Origin: Epiperipatus broadwayi
Lineage: Eukaryota; Animalia; Onychophora
Direction of reading: 5' to 3'
NCBI GenBank assembly: GCA_028023455.1
Contig: JAQFVV010000003.1
Span: 23,808,001 to 23,872,000, forward strand
DNA length: 64,000 nt
Positions within the stretch are counted from its first letter, which is position 1. Each line of letters opens with the position of its first letter. Below the pieces are notes generated by a model. It saw nothing but the letters and a program-made list of their open reading frames with translations, did no database searches and was not told the DNA's origin. Made by a program: the position numbers and the translations under genes. This document shows positions 1-11,879 of the stretch, one piece after another.

Positions 1-392
1 TTTATCTTAGAAAATATATATCTTAAACCAATTTTCTCACTTTTATAATTTAAATATCTTTTGACCTCATTTGAAGATTTTTTGATTGGCTATAATAATA
101 TTATTATTACTGCTTAATTTAAACATTCCAGATTTATTTCAGAATAGAATTACTACACACTTAATTTGTCTCCTATAGCTTTTAGATGTTAAGGTTTTGT
201 AAATTTTTTGGGCTTAAGCAATATAACCCATTTGTTAATTCTTCTCAACACACTTTAGACTATGTTCTATGTAATTCATTAGCAGGCAGTAATTTTCATT
301 TTATTTCTGTTACTTTTTCTATTGTTGATCACCATCCATCTATTGAGTTTTATATTAAGATATGTCATTCAAAAGTTATTTATTCTAATATT

Positions 393-1313
393 AATATTTA
401 CTAAGGCTGTAGGAATAAGCGTCTGAAAAATTCAAAGGTAGGGACCTCTACAGGTCTTAGCCACAAGCTTACGCTAGGAAGAAAAGAGGGAAACCCCTCT
501 TTACTTCAACTTACTTTTATATATGAATAGGTGAAGCTGAAGTGGTTAGATCTAAGAGTGTGAAGCTATTCAATACTTCACTAATTAAGTCCACAATTCT
601 TATCATACATTAATACTCACAAAATCTTACAATTTACAATGAGTCAATGGAAAGATTTTATAGTAAGAAATCTATTACGATAATTTAAAGTTGTAATTAT
701 AAATTTTATTAAACGCACATTATTATATTATGTAATATTTACTAAGTCTGTAACCTTTAGGAATAAGCATCTGAAAAATTCGAAGGTAGGGACCTCTACA
801 GGTCTTAGCCACAAGCTTATGCTAGGAAGAAAAGAGGGAAACCCCTCTTTACTTCAACCTACTTTTATACTTTAAACTTTGAATTTTTCAGACGCTTATT
901 CCTAAAGGTTACAGCCTTAGTAAATATTACTTAATATAATAATGTGCATTTAATAAAATTTATAATTAGAACTATAAATTATCGTAATAGATTTCTTACT
1001 ATAAGATCTTTCCATTGACTCATTGTAAATTGTAAGATTTCATGAGTATTAATGTATAATAAGAATTGTGGACTTAATTAGTGAAGTATTAAATAGCTTC
1101 ACACTCTTAGATCTAACCACTTCAGCTTCACCTATTCATATATAAAAGTAGGTTGAAGTAAAGAGGGGTTTCCCTCTTTTCTTCCTAGCGTAAGCTTGTG
1201 GCTAAGACCTGTAGAGGTCCATACCTTCAAATTTTTCAGACGCTTATTCCTAAAGGTTACCGCCTTAGTAAATATTACTTAATATAATAATGTGCGTTTA
1301 ATAAAATTTATAA
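393..1313. mobile_element. 921-bp fold-back element: two oppositely oriented arms, each ~1.3 copies of a 348-bp monomer; 13-bp TSD
   Basis: aggaataagc at 411 and 759; its reverse complement at 894 and 1242 (period 348); junction ~870-878; TSD ttattctaatatt at 380-392 and 1314-1326. Confidence 0.9.
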
Positions 1314-1584
1314 TTATTCTAATATTTTAAAAGAGATTATAGGAAAGATAATTATGTTGATTTTTGCAATAAATTTTCTAAATTGGAATTCATTGTATTC
1401 CTATAATGATGTGAATCATTGCTTAGATTATTTGTTTCAGATTTTTAATAGTTTTATTGATTTATATATTCCCAGTAAATTCTCTTTCCATAAGGCCCCA
1501 ATCCTAGGTTTCATACCCTTTCATTAAGATTATTAAAAGGAAATTTTAACATCACAGACTCTATTTTAAAACACAGAATATCTC

Positions 1585-1945
1585 TTTTTATTTAATAATA
1601 TGCTAATGCATTGAAGGTGAAACTATTCCACACAACAATTTATTTAGGCTGAGCACTTTCAGAGTTTCATTACTCCATAATCATAGCCTTGTAGATTGTC
1701 AACGTAATTGTATGTAAATATATGCAAAAATATTTTTTTATATTATCCATTTTCTGGAAATGGCAAAGCAAATGTCTTTTCTATTTATAAAGTTGGTGTC
1801 ACTGGTAATAAAACAAGCTTCCTTGATCTTTGTCTTGATGTCATTCCTCTCTGTACATAATATATCAGTTTTGGAGGGATAAACATATTGATAAGCTCTC
1901 GCTGGTCTTTTTATAATAATTTTATTAATTTCAGAAGATTGTCTA
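1585..1945 (-). mobile_element. 3' fragment of a Penelope-like element (GIY-YIG C-terminus plus terminal repeat) nested in the CR1
   Basis: ORF 1738-1950(-) has KTDILCTERNDIKTKIKEACFITSDTNFINRKD, matching the PLE endonuclease tail (TKIL..E....RKIKEA..I...N..N); hammerhead motif follows. Boundaries approximate. Confidence 0.7.
1646..1689 (-). ncRNA. Degenerate type-I hammerhead ribozyme (variant E)
   Basis: Minus strand: aggct ATGATTA t ggagt aatga aactct GAAA gtgctc agcct. Stem I aggct/agcct, stem II ggagt/actct, stem III near-palindrome AGTGCT; two core mismatches to CUGAUGA. Confidence 0.65.
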
Positions 1946-4389
1946 AACATATTTTACAAAAGAGATTTACAAAATTATATTAAAAAACTGAATTTAATAT
2001 TTCTTCTAATCTTAAAATTTTTTGGGATTTTATTAATAAACTCAGGCTTGGGTAAGAAAATAGTTCAAGTTACAGTTCTACATTAAATACAGATGATTTT
2101 TCCAAATATTTTGCTGACTTATAGTCTTCACAACATAGAATATCTTCAAAAATTACATTACCTTGCAATTCATCTATTGTTCACTGCATGGTTGATCATA
2201 TTTCTAGGGATGATGTCATTGTAGCCATCAAGCGACTTAAAACATTCTAATTTAGGATATGATGATATTCCTTTATTTATTTATAAAGGTCTAGCTAAAT
2301 TTATTGCAGCACCTCTTGCCTTTATTTTTAATTTATCACTTAACTCTTGTGTTTTTCCTAATGTTCTTAAATGTTCCAGAATGATGCCAAATTTTAAAAA
2401 TGGCTTCCACGACTGTGTTATTAATTACAGACTAGTTCTATTTTACATACTATTGATCACATTTTTGAGAGATGTGTTTATAATAAAATTATTGGAGATG
2501 TTAGTAAAATCATTTCTACTTCACACCATTATTTTATTTTTAATAAATCAGTTGAAAATAATTTGTTAACAATTTACAGCGATTGAGAATCAGTAGAGAC
2601 TTGATGTTATTTGTTTTGATTTATCAAAAGGCTTTGTTAAAGTAGACCTCATCATTGTCTTTCACAAATTATATAAAATGAGTTTTTCCACTAAACTTAT
2701 TTATTGATTTCAATCCTATCTTTGTAGTCATATAGCATATATCAAATTCAATAATAATTTCATTTAATTTTGAATGTGATGTAGGTGTTCCTCAGGATAG
2801 TATTTTAGCACCCATGCTTTTTAACATTTATATTAATGAACTCAAGGATTGCCTGAAATATTCTTATCTTTTGTGCTAAGCTGATGATTGATAAATCTTT
2901 AGAAAAATCACATCAGTGATTAACTGCTCTCTCCTTCAGAAAGATATTGATAATTTCATTGCTTGGAGTAATCTAAATAATATGCCAGTTAATTTTAATA
3001 ACTGCCTTTATTTCATATTCTATGAAATCTGAAGTTTTAAGTTTTTATTTTATTAATGCTCACAAAATTAATTCTGTTGAATCCCAAATAAATCTGAGTT
3101 TTATTTCTAAATAATGGATCTTTTTCTTCCTCATTTAGAAATAATCATTAGCAAAGCTTTTAAAATCATGGGTGCCATCATTAGGCATGGTTATCATTTC
3201 AGTGATGATACAAAGTTGAAATTATTTTTGTCATTGGTTCTTCCCATCATTGAAAATTGTTCAATGATTTAGAGTCCTAATTCTAAAGGATGTAATTTAT
3301 TGCAGTCAGTGTCTAATAGGTTCTTTAAACATAAATCTTTGGAAAATAAAGTTGTTCTTCATCTTTCTTCTAGACGGAAATATAGAGATCTTAAATATTT
3401 TTATAAAACCATCAATTAACAAGTTATACTATCTGATATAATTTCAACAATTGTAATTAGGTTTTATGAGCATGATAGTCAGTCTGCTTTTGTCTGTTAT
3501 ATTCAAACTTGTCATTCTAATATCCTTAAATTTTCTTCTTTATTCAGGCTACCCTCTATATACAATCAGATTTTTGATAATAATAATCATTTTAATTTAA
3601 ATCATAAGCAGTTTTGGGATATTATTAAATTCAAATATCATGATAGAATAATTTAATTTATTTTATTCATTTATATATGTATGTATTTATTTTACTTTTT
3701 TGTTTGTTACTTTTTTTTATTATGTTATATGCATGATGTTTATCTTTTTATTTTTTAATGTGAAAACTGAAATTGGCTTTATGGTATCGTTTAGCACTTA
3801 ATTAATTGAATTTGATTCTTCTTATTATCATCATCATCATTATCTTCATCATTGTTATTATTAGTTTTCAAAGGAACTTTATTGAAAAAAAAAAACATAA
3901 GTTACAAATTATAATGTTTACATATATACAATGACAAATATTAAATATTACACTGATAAAAGAGAAAAAGAAAAAATATAATAAGAATTGCAGTGGTAAA
4001 GGAAAAGATAAACTTGGAACATAAATTGAATATTATAAAGAAAAAAAGGATATATATACAATAATTTATAATACATAATATATAAATTTTATATAAATTA
4101 TAGGAGTATATCATTATTTGTATTGTTGTAGTTATTGTTTTTGCTATGTCACATTAATTAAAGTAAATCTTTTTGGTAGACAGAACATTTGGATTGTTCA
4201 AAATAATGGCAGTTTACATGACTAAAAACTAAGTTTACTTACATTAAAAACATATATAAGAGTTACATAATAAATAGATTGAAATAATAAGAAAAAATAA
4301 ATTATAAATGTAAGATGAATTTATATTAAATGGTTTAATGTTGTCTTTTTTTTATTACTTAATTTGATTTTATTATTTTTTTAATGATG

Positions 4390-5130
4390 ACCATGTACAG
4401 ATGGTGGCAAAATGGTAAGACACCTAGTATACCAACATTTTATTTTTGAATGATTTAGCACAAAAATGGAACAATATATCAATGTAATAGTTTTTGAAAA
4501 TGAAATTATAAGAAGGTGGATAATTTCTATAGCAATTTGCTATCAACTTTGACCATTGAATTAAATATTGATTTCAGACTATACTATCATCTTTCAATAT
4601 GATAATACTCAAATTTTTGCATCCTGCTGTATAAACAAATATTGATTAGAGGGATATGAGGACAGTATTTTTTTTACTCTCTTGTCTTCTGATTTAAATA
4701 TTTTACATTGTGCAGTCACTCCACATTGTTTAGCACAATGGAAGTGACAATCTATAAAGATGTCTATATTATGGATCAACTTTGTCACTTCTGGTAGTCA
4801 AACTGTATGTGACCTTCCATATTTCAAACCATATGATTATAGGTATTAGAAGTAATGTGATAATTTTGAGAGATAAAAATTCTGAATCTCACCTCATCAT
4901 TCCAGGTGCTTAAATATCATGATTCCAACCTATCAATAACTATTTGTTTAACATTATTAACCACTTGAAGGTTATTTTTGAACAAGAACTAATGATTGAT
5001 ATCTTGTATTGTCATCTATTAGAAATGTTAAGGTTTTTTTCATTGTTTAATATTTTTACACACTGTTTTTCCATTCCATATAGAATAGCAAGTGCTGCTA
5101 TTGAAAATTATTTTTATATACCCATTTATT
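4390..5130 (-). mobile_element. Probable old L1/Tx1-type LINE 3' fragment
   Basis: Minus-strand fragments resemble the C-terminal CCHC knuckle region (NTYNHMV...DKVDP...IFIDCH); heavily frameshifted. Confidence 0.3.
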
Positions 5131-5692
5131 CGCATTATTTTGTCCAAGTCCTGATTGTATAAATGCATTATGAGACTGGCAAACTAATGATAATAAAAGT
5201 CCTTGTTTACATACCGTGAGCTGCATTACCCTGACAACTGTTTTGGTGAGTTATTATTTTTATTTCTGGTAACAAATTGTCTAAATACAAATTCATTTTC
5301 AAACTTAAAATGAATGTACATGCAATCATTTTTTCCATGCCACCATAATAATATATATTTGATGCTGATGCTTTAGTATATATATTTAAACTATACGAAT
5401 TGGTAGTATCACTGTTACACATTTTAAAAAAATATATATATATTTTAAAAGCAAGTGGTAAATTATAAGCTCATTTAAATTTTAAATGTACCCAGGTCAT
5501 TTTAGAATAAACCCACCTTCTTAACTAAAATACAAAAAGACTATTTGTAATTAATTTACGCCATCTGTTGACCTTTCCTTAACTACTGCTCTTCTTTGTC
5601 AAAATAGTTCGAAAAGCTTGTTTAGCAAAGATAATAGACTAGAAAAGAACTTGTCAAGTTGGAAGATATATGGACTTTTTTGTTTTTGTCAG

Positions 5693-5800
5693 AAACTTTA
5701 AAAAAAAAAAAAAAATTGAATTCTTGTTTTTCTTAAAATATATATATATGACTTTGAAACTGTTATAAATAAATAAATATTCAATATTTATTAAACAGAT
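5693..5800 (+). other. Candidate non-coding exon of a spliced + strand transcript (donors 5246, 5801; acceptors before 5693, 5960)
   Basis: Alternating canonical sites ttttg|gtgagt, tttttgtcag|, agat|gtaagt, attttttag| within 750 bp; CpGs locally retained; no convincing ORF. Confidence 0.4.
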
Positions 5801-8709
5801 GTAAGTATTCACCATTTAGATATATATGCCCATAAACTGTTTCTGATTATCGAAAATTTTACTTAATATTTAATATTAGGCGTTACAAATCGATGAAGAC
5901 TTTTAACAATCATTTGTATGGCATTTTCTCAGAATAATATATAATGTGTAATTTTTTAGGTTTTTCATGGTGATGTTGATGAAGACCAACCACTACATTG
6001 CTGGATATTGTTTTCTTCGCCATTGATTCGAATGTTATACAATTTTTTTAATGAATTAGATTATCCCATAACAGGGCTAAAATATGACAATTTTAACATA
6101 GTCATTTGTATTTAAAACAAAAGTTCAGTTGTAATAATTTCAAAATCCACCTGAGATAGAGAGATGAAATGGGGATCTAATTAAGGACTAAATTGGTTTA
6201 GAGGTACAATAATGAAAACAAAAGCATTCAGTTTCAATTATGTTAATATTATTATAATATAAGATTAATATGGATATATACTAAAATAGGAGGAATATAG
6301 CAGGGGGTTCTATAATGGCAAAGATAGAAGAAAGCAAGAGATTCTCATTTGAAATTAAAGAAGACATTGACTGTTGTTTTCTAAATAATTTGATAAACCA
6401 AGTATGCCTAAACTTATTATCATTCTTAGCCTTAGTGTTTGGTAATTATCAATATTTCATCATGGTTAATTATAACATTTATTGAGGAAGTGAGAAAGAA
6501 GTAGGAATTAAGCGCATTATAAGAAACAAGGAGTTAATGTGAAAATGGGTTGAGCTTAAGAAGGTAGTTAAGTGTTTATATTCTAAATAATCTGATAGAC
6601 TGAGATATTAAACCTTCATAATTTAGCTTTTTTATTTGATATTTACCAAAATTTCATTGTGTTATTATTATTTTTTTTTTATAAGTAAGAAACCAATTTG
6701 CTATGAGCAGATTTATAAGTTTAGCCTTTCTTGGAAAGAAATCTAAAACAGCAACTGTATTTATTAAAATTGAATAACAAATGCTATACAGTACTATTTG
6801 ATCATTTCTCACACAAAATCATATTAAGTCTGAATGCCTTAGGCATTGCATCCACTATGTACATTCTAATTCAAATGATTCTATCATAGCAATTCCTAAA
6901 TCCAAATCATATAATTTCTGCATCCACAATCCATAACTAAATACAGTTATGTTTCAGTACAATTGGATGCAATTACAATCACAGCAAAAAACATTAGTAA
7001 AGTAATTCCATGTCTATAGAATATTAACTAATAGTAATTTATAACGATAGCCCACATGCAAAAAGGTGGGATTGTGTTAGATTAATGATATCATGTGATT
7101 ATATTAAATAAGAATATATTAATTACTAACTACACTATTCTATATAAAGCAGAGTAGTCTTAAATTCACAATTCAAGAATGTAAAAGTTACTAGTTCAGC
7201 TTTTATTCTAGGCTGTTTCTGGTCAGTTAATAATGTCTGTCTGCAGAAGAGAGGAAAATAATACCACTTGAAACATTGTGTTCTAAACTAATTTATTTGT
7301 TATTACTGAAAGTAAAATATATTTGGGGAAGTGGAATTTCTCAAAAAAACATTTTAGAATTCAACTAAATGATGGAAATAATCCAGCATATAATTCCTAG
7401 ATACAATAATCTTTAATTGATAAGATAATCTTAAATCTAATAAGTAATTATTAATAATAATCATTAATTTATTATATGATGAGAATATCGTCAAATGTAT
7501 GAGTAAAAGAAGTTTGACAACTTAATCTATAAGTTATAGTAATTTGATATTTGAAATATAACACAAATAATGACATATAAGAAGGTGATGTTATTTATGT
7601 ATTTGAAGTATATTTAGTAAAATAGAACTTCTAAGGATATCTGATGTATAAAGACTAAACTTGATATTACACTCATATTTAGCTTCCCACAAAGTTTTTG
7701 ATAACCTGCATAAAAAATGTTGCTAATATAACTTATTTTTTCTCTGAATTCTACATTTATTAGGGACATATCTCTATAATCTTTATGCTTTAATTTCTTC
7801 TCCAGATTAACTTATTAAAGACTGTCTGAGTGCTGATGGCTTAGTTATTTTTGTAATGTGCACACTGGGTATGTTTCTAAAATGATTCTCAGGTAGTCAA
7901 GAAATTACTGCATAGCAACATTTTTTTCTATAATACTAATATTAAATGTATAAGAAGACAAACTTTGTAATAAATGATTATAGTAGGACTTTTTTTTTTT
8001 TTTTGCTCAATAAAGATAACATTTTCCACCTGTTTTAAGTATTAATTAATTATAATAATAAAATTTATTAGGAAGTTCATAATGTTTGAGTACTATAAAT
8101 AATAGGTTGATCTTTCATCCAGGAACCTTTAGCTACCAAAGCATGTAGGATATCAAATGATTATTATAAACAAATATCTATTTATTATTCTCAAATTTTG
8201 AAGATTAGGCTTGAGAATAGTTGTCTTAATTAGTCTTTTGGTGGAAGATATATCAATCAGCATCCTAATAACTTTTCCATATGATATTTTAATCTTTATC
8301 TTTTTTTTCAATATGTAAATGCATCAATGCATTTTTTTCATATGAGGAGGAGAGGTATAAATAGGACAGATTAATAGATAATCTGAAAATCATTTGTTTT
8401 AATTTGTATCCCTCTTTGCTTCTAAACAATTTTAATATAAAATATTATTTTTCTTAATCATTTAGTTGAATTCTTAAATATTCTACTTATCATCAGATGG
8501 TTCTCACAAGAGACTCTTTTTTAAACAATTCAATCATGATTATGTAGTTGTGCTAACTTTGTAATAACATTTAAAATAGCATTCTTTACAAATAACAGTT
8601 GTCTCTACAGTTTCAATTATTCATAATGTGGATTTAATTTTTCAAATCTATAGATTAGTAACAATCTTTCTTTTTTCTCTCTCTCCCTTTTTTTATCTTG
8701 TTTCTGTAG

Positions 8710-8831
8710 AAATTGATGGTGTTTTCAAGATTCAATATTTATCTTTAGAAAGTTGTGATTCATCTGCAAGCACATTATGTGCTCTAAAGCAATCTATGAG
8801 AAAGTTCATCTCTAAGTTGAAAACTATTTAA
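8710..8831 (+). CDS. Candidate terminal coding exon (EIDGVFKIQYLSLESCDSSASTLCALKQSMRKFISKLKTI*), unknown protein
   Basis: Very strong polypyrimidine tract and ctgtag acceptor at 8670-8709, then 40 open codons; no family recognised. Confidence 0.25.
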
Positions 8832-9755
8832 ATGAGATTAATGAATAGGTAATTAATTAAACATCCACTAATAATATTTAATGTTATATTTAATTTAGTA
8901 CAGAAAAATTTATAACTATTGTGAATGAGAAATATCATGCACCATTATAATCAATTGACAAAGATAACAAAGAATTTTGCCATATTTTCTCACTACTCAT
9001 AAGTAGTGTTTTTACTCTTCATAAAGTAATATGAATATAGGAACAGGTTTGAGGTTGTTATATCTATTGAAATATGGCATGCTTCCACCAGTGTTATGAT
9101 AACTTCGTGTTACAATCATAACTTTTGTAGATAGATATTGATGCTCATCACATCAATCCACATTGAGTTTTTCTCTGAAGTTAAAAATTGCTACTAACAC
9201 ATAATTGTGTGGCTAACTAGTTTGGCTACAGAAAATATTTGAAAGAAAAATAGTATTGCAGTAACATTTTCAAGGTTTACTTATTCTGAATTCAAACTCA
9301 TGACTTACAATGCAGGTGCAGTAACTACTATGCCATTATATACTTCTTATTAATAGTGTAGCAAAAGTTAAATTTTAAGATAAATTTTTATTATGTATTT
9401 GAAAACTTTAAAATAAAACCCGGACAAACAATTTCAATAGATAATGTTAAAGATGACTTCACCTTAAAGATGCAATTTATAAATTGTTTTCAATTGATTA
9501 CCACAATCAATATATATATATATGATATAAAATCTTATGTTTATGTCATTAAAGAGGAAAAACATTATAATTATTTAAATTTAACAACAAAGAGAGCCTA
9601 CGGCAATGTTAATCAATGAATATTTTTCAGAAAAAATTGTTAACTTACTTTCTTATTACAAAAGATTTTGAACTGATTTTGTAGATTGTAGTATATCTAG
9701 ATTATCATTCACTAACAATGTCTTGCAACTCATTGTGATATTCAAGATTACTTAC

Positions 9756-9810
9756 AACTCAGCTCAAGATTTGCTCTTATCAGGAGGCTGGTTTCATCAT
9801 CTGTACCAAT
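9756..9810 (-). CDS. 55-bp exon (IGTDDETSLLIRANLELS), unknown gene
   Basis: Minus strand cttttcttattacag|...|gtaagt; only the phase-0 frame is open. Confidence 0.45.
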
Positions 9811-9861
9811 CTGTAATAAGAAAAGTAATGTCTGAGGTTTTGAATTTGTATTTGAAGGTTA

Positions 9862-10079
9862 CAAAAAAGTCAAGGCAGATGTCACATGACCTAATTTAAT
9901 AAGCTTGTATTACAGATGTTATATATAGAGCTCGCAAATAAGCTCTTAACAAGATTTGCAGAATATACCCAATCCCAGACCGGCTTCTCCTGACTGAGGA
10001 CACCAGTAGCAGAAACCGGTCTGGGGTTGGGGATATTTTGCAAAGCTTGTTAAGAACTTATTTTCAAGTTCTATATATA
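9862..10079. mobile_element. 218-bp fold-back element with 14-bp TSD and hammerhead-like motif (variant D)
   Basis: Arms ~9920-9988 and 10011-10080 are reverse complements; TSD gtatttgaaggtta at 9848-9861 and 10080-10093; CTGAGGA caccagtagca GAAA CCGGTC tgggg at 9994-10026. Confidence 0.75.
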
Positions 10080-10838
10080 GTATTTGAAGGTTAGAAAAAC
10101 AATAAGACAGATGTAGTAATAAAAATCAGAGACCTAGTATGCTTTGGAAAATAACCAAATGGTTTTATTGATTGGGGATTCATAAGGAATTTAAGGGCCT
10201 AAAATATCAGAATTGAAAATGATATAAGGACTTTTTTCTTCAGAGTGTGACATTGTACTACTATATTAAACCACACAAGGCTTTTGGAAAATAAAAAATG
10301 TAAGTTACATGTTTTTAATGCAACATTAGTAATTGAATTAATTGATACTCAGGAATTCAAATGATATTTGAGTACTGGAAATGATAGAATCAAACTATAA
10401 TCCAAAATCTTTCCACTATATCACTGGACTAAACCATGCAGAACATTAACTCAATCAATGAAGTTAATCCTAAAATTGGATAAATCAATCTGGCATATTA
10501 TTACTTATCATGTGTGACCTTGATATTTGTATGAAAGCAACCCAACTTTTTTTGATTGTCAAAGATAATTTTTTGTACTAAATTTTATAATTGGATCTAT
10601 CATAGACATTAATGGTAAAGAGCTAATTTGAATTTGCTCAACATTTTTCTGAGAGATATCTAAAATTAGAAAATTAAACAAATATTCCATACTGATATTG
10701 ACAGAACTTTTTTTTTTCTGATATGATGATAGGTGAAAATAAAATTATATATTTTTAATCAGTCTATAAGAATAAAAACCAAAAATTTCCATGCATCATT
10801 CTAAAATCTAAAAGATGTAACTCAGCAGAATCATTATT

Positions 10839-11176
10839 AAAACAGGAAAAACTCATTATATGTATTGCCACACATTGCAAGCTAGATAATCAATGGATGC
10901 CAGAAGGCTTGTGCATAAAACCCCCATCTAGTGCCTACTCATCCAATATCTCCAGACTATTTTCTGGCTTGTGGCCTTCATCAGTGAAAAGCCATGGATC
11001 TGAGAGCACTGCATCTAGATCTTAGGGTCTCTAGATGGGGATTTTATGCACAAGCCTTCTGGCATCCATTGATTACTCTAGCTTGAAGTGTGTGGCAATA
11101 CATATAGTGAGTTTTGCCTGTTTTAATAACAGTTATAAGTAAGCATAAGAAATGGTAATCATGTGATGTTTTTTGT
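10839..11176. mobile_element. 338-bp fold-back element with 13-bp TSD and internal hammerhead (variant B)
   Basis: Arms ~10839-10931 and 11031-11129; TSD cagaatcattatt at 10826-10838 and 11177-11189. Confidence 0.85.
10949..10990 (-). ncRNA. Type-I hammerhead-like motif (variant B)
   Basis: Minus: ttttca CTGATGA aggc cacaa gcca GAAA atagtc tggaga; the second copy at 59801-59842 has ctagtc, giving palindromic stem III ACTAGT. Confidence 0.6.
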
Positions 11177-11228
11177 CAGAATCATTATTCTGATTTGTTA
11201 ATGATCTTACCTTCAAAACCGTCATCTA

Positions 11229-11327
11229 GTCAAGCGTTGGTGGTCGAGGGGTCAGCACAGCCGTCTTACAAGCAGTTGTTCCAGGTTAGCGGGTTCACTT
11301 CCCAGCTGATGCTATGACATATGGAAA
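11229..11327 (+). mobile_element. ~100-bp tRNA-Gly(TCC)-derived SINE with 14-bp TSD
   Basis: gcgttggtggtcgaggggtcagcacagccgtcttacaagcagttgttcc...gggttcacttcccagc follows eukaryotic tRNA-Gly(TCC); TSD aaaaccgtcatcta at 11215-11228 and 11328-11341. Confidence 0.85.
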
Positions 11328-11879
11328 AAAACCGTCATCTATCTCTTTTTTTCAAGTCAGAGATAAAGCTTTTTTTTCTTCACCCAAATGTGTGATTTAT
11401 TTTTAACCTGATATTTTTTTTAAAATAAATAAATTATTAGTCATAAAATTTGGTTACACAAAGAAACGTTGATCTAAAATTTTATCATAGATAAATAATA
11501 GGGTCAATTTGTTTGTTTTTCTACAAATTCTCTTTTTTTCCATTGGCCATTACCTTGTATGATGTGGTGCAGGTGTATGAATGCGTTTAAACAGATTGCA
11601 CCCGGTCCTGTTAGTTCTGGCACTCAAATTTCTTACGAAATTACAAATAATAAAGCCATTCAATAATTTATTCATTATTCATTCATGTTAAACTGGCAAT
11701 TCTATAATAAAAAGAACCATAAACCTGTTTAGCACGTCATGTGACATTCAAGCACTCTTATAGAAAGTTGCACATAATTGTTTTTTATTTATTTGACATA
11801 ATTTTTTTAAAATTTACTTACTTAAAAGTCATTTCAAGAATCTTTAAATATCAGATATACAACCATCTAAAGTGTACAG

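Larger units (their letters stand above)
1..3800 (+). mobile_element. Decayed CR1-clade LINE (endonuclease C-terminus, RT, post-RT region), interrupted by two younger insertions
   Basis: Translations: HTLDYVLCN...VDHHPSIEF (APE end, ~250-345); GVPQDSILAPMLFNIYINELKDCLK then degenerate *ADD (~2780-2890); FLPHLEIIISKAFKIMGAIIR...LVLPIIENCS typical of CR1. Many stops/frameshifts. Frame rejoins across the 393-1313 insertion (KVIYSNILKRDYRK). Confidence 0.85.

Noticed and set aside
455-500. Twister ribozyme in the 348-bp monomer (CCACAAGC loop followed by GAGGG)
   Set aside because: First loop base is C rather than the conserved U, the T1 pseudoknot would not pair, no correctly placed UAA, and GAGGG is sequestered in a local hairpin.
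5215-5282. Minus-strand exon NLLPEIKIITHQNSCQGNAAH with gtatgt donor
   Set aside because: Acceptor weak, overlaps a stronger + strand donor, no downstream exon found.
11552-11620. Minus-strand coding exon ending caag|gtaatg
   Set aside because: Open frames end in phase 1 or 2 and do not join the 9810 exon; at most a UTR exon.
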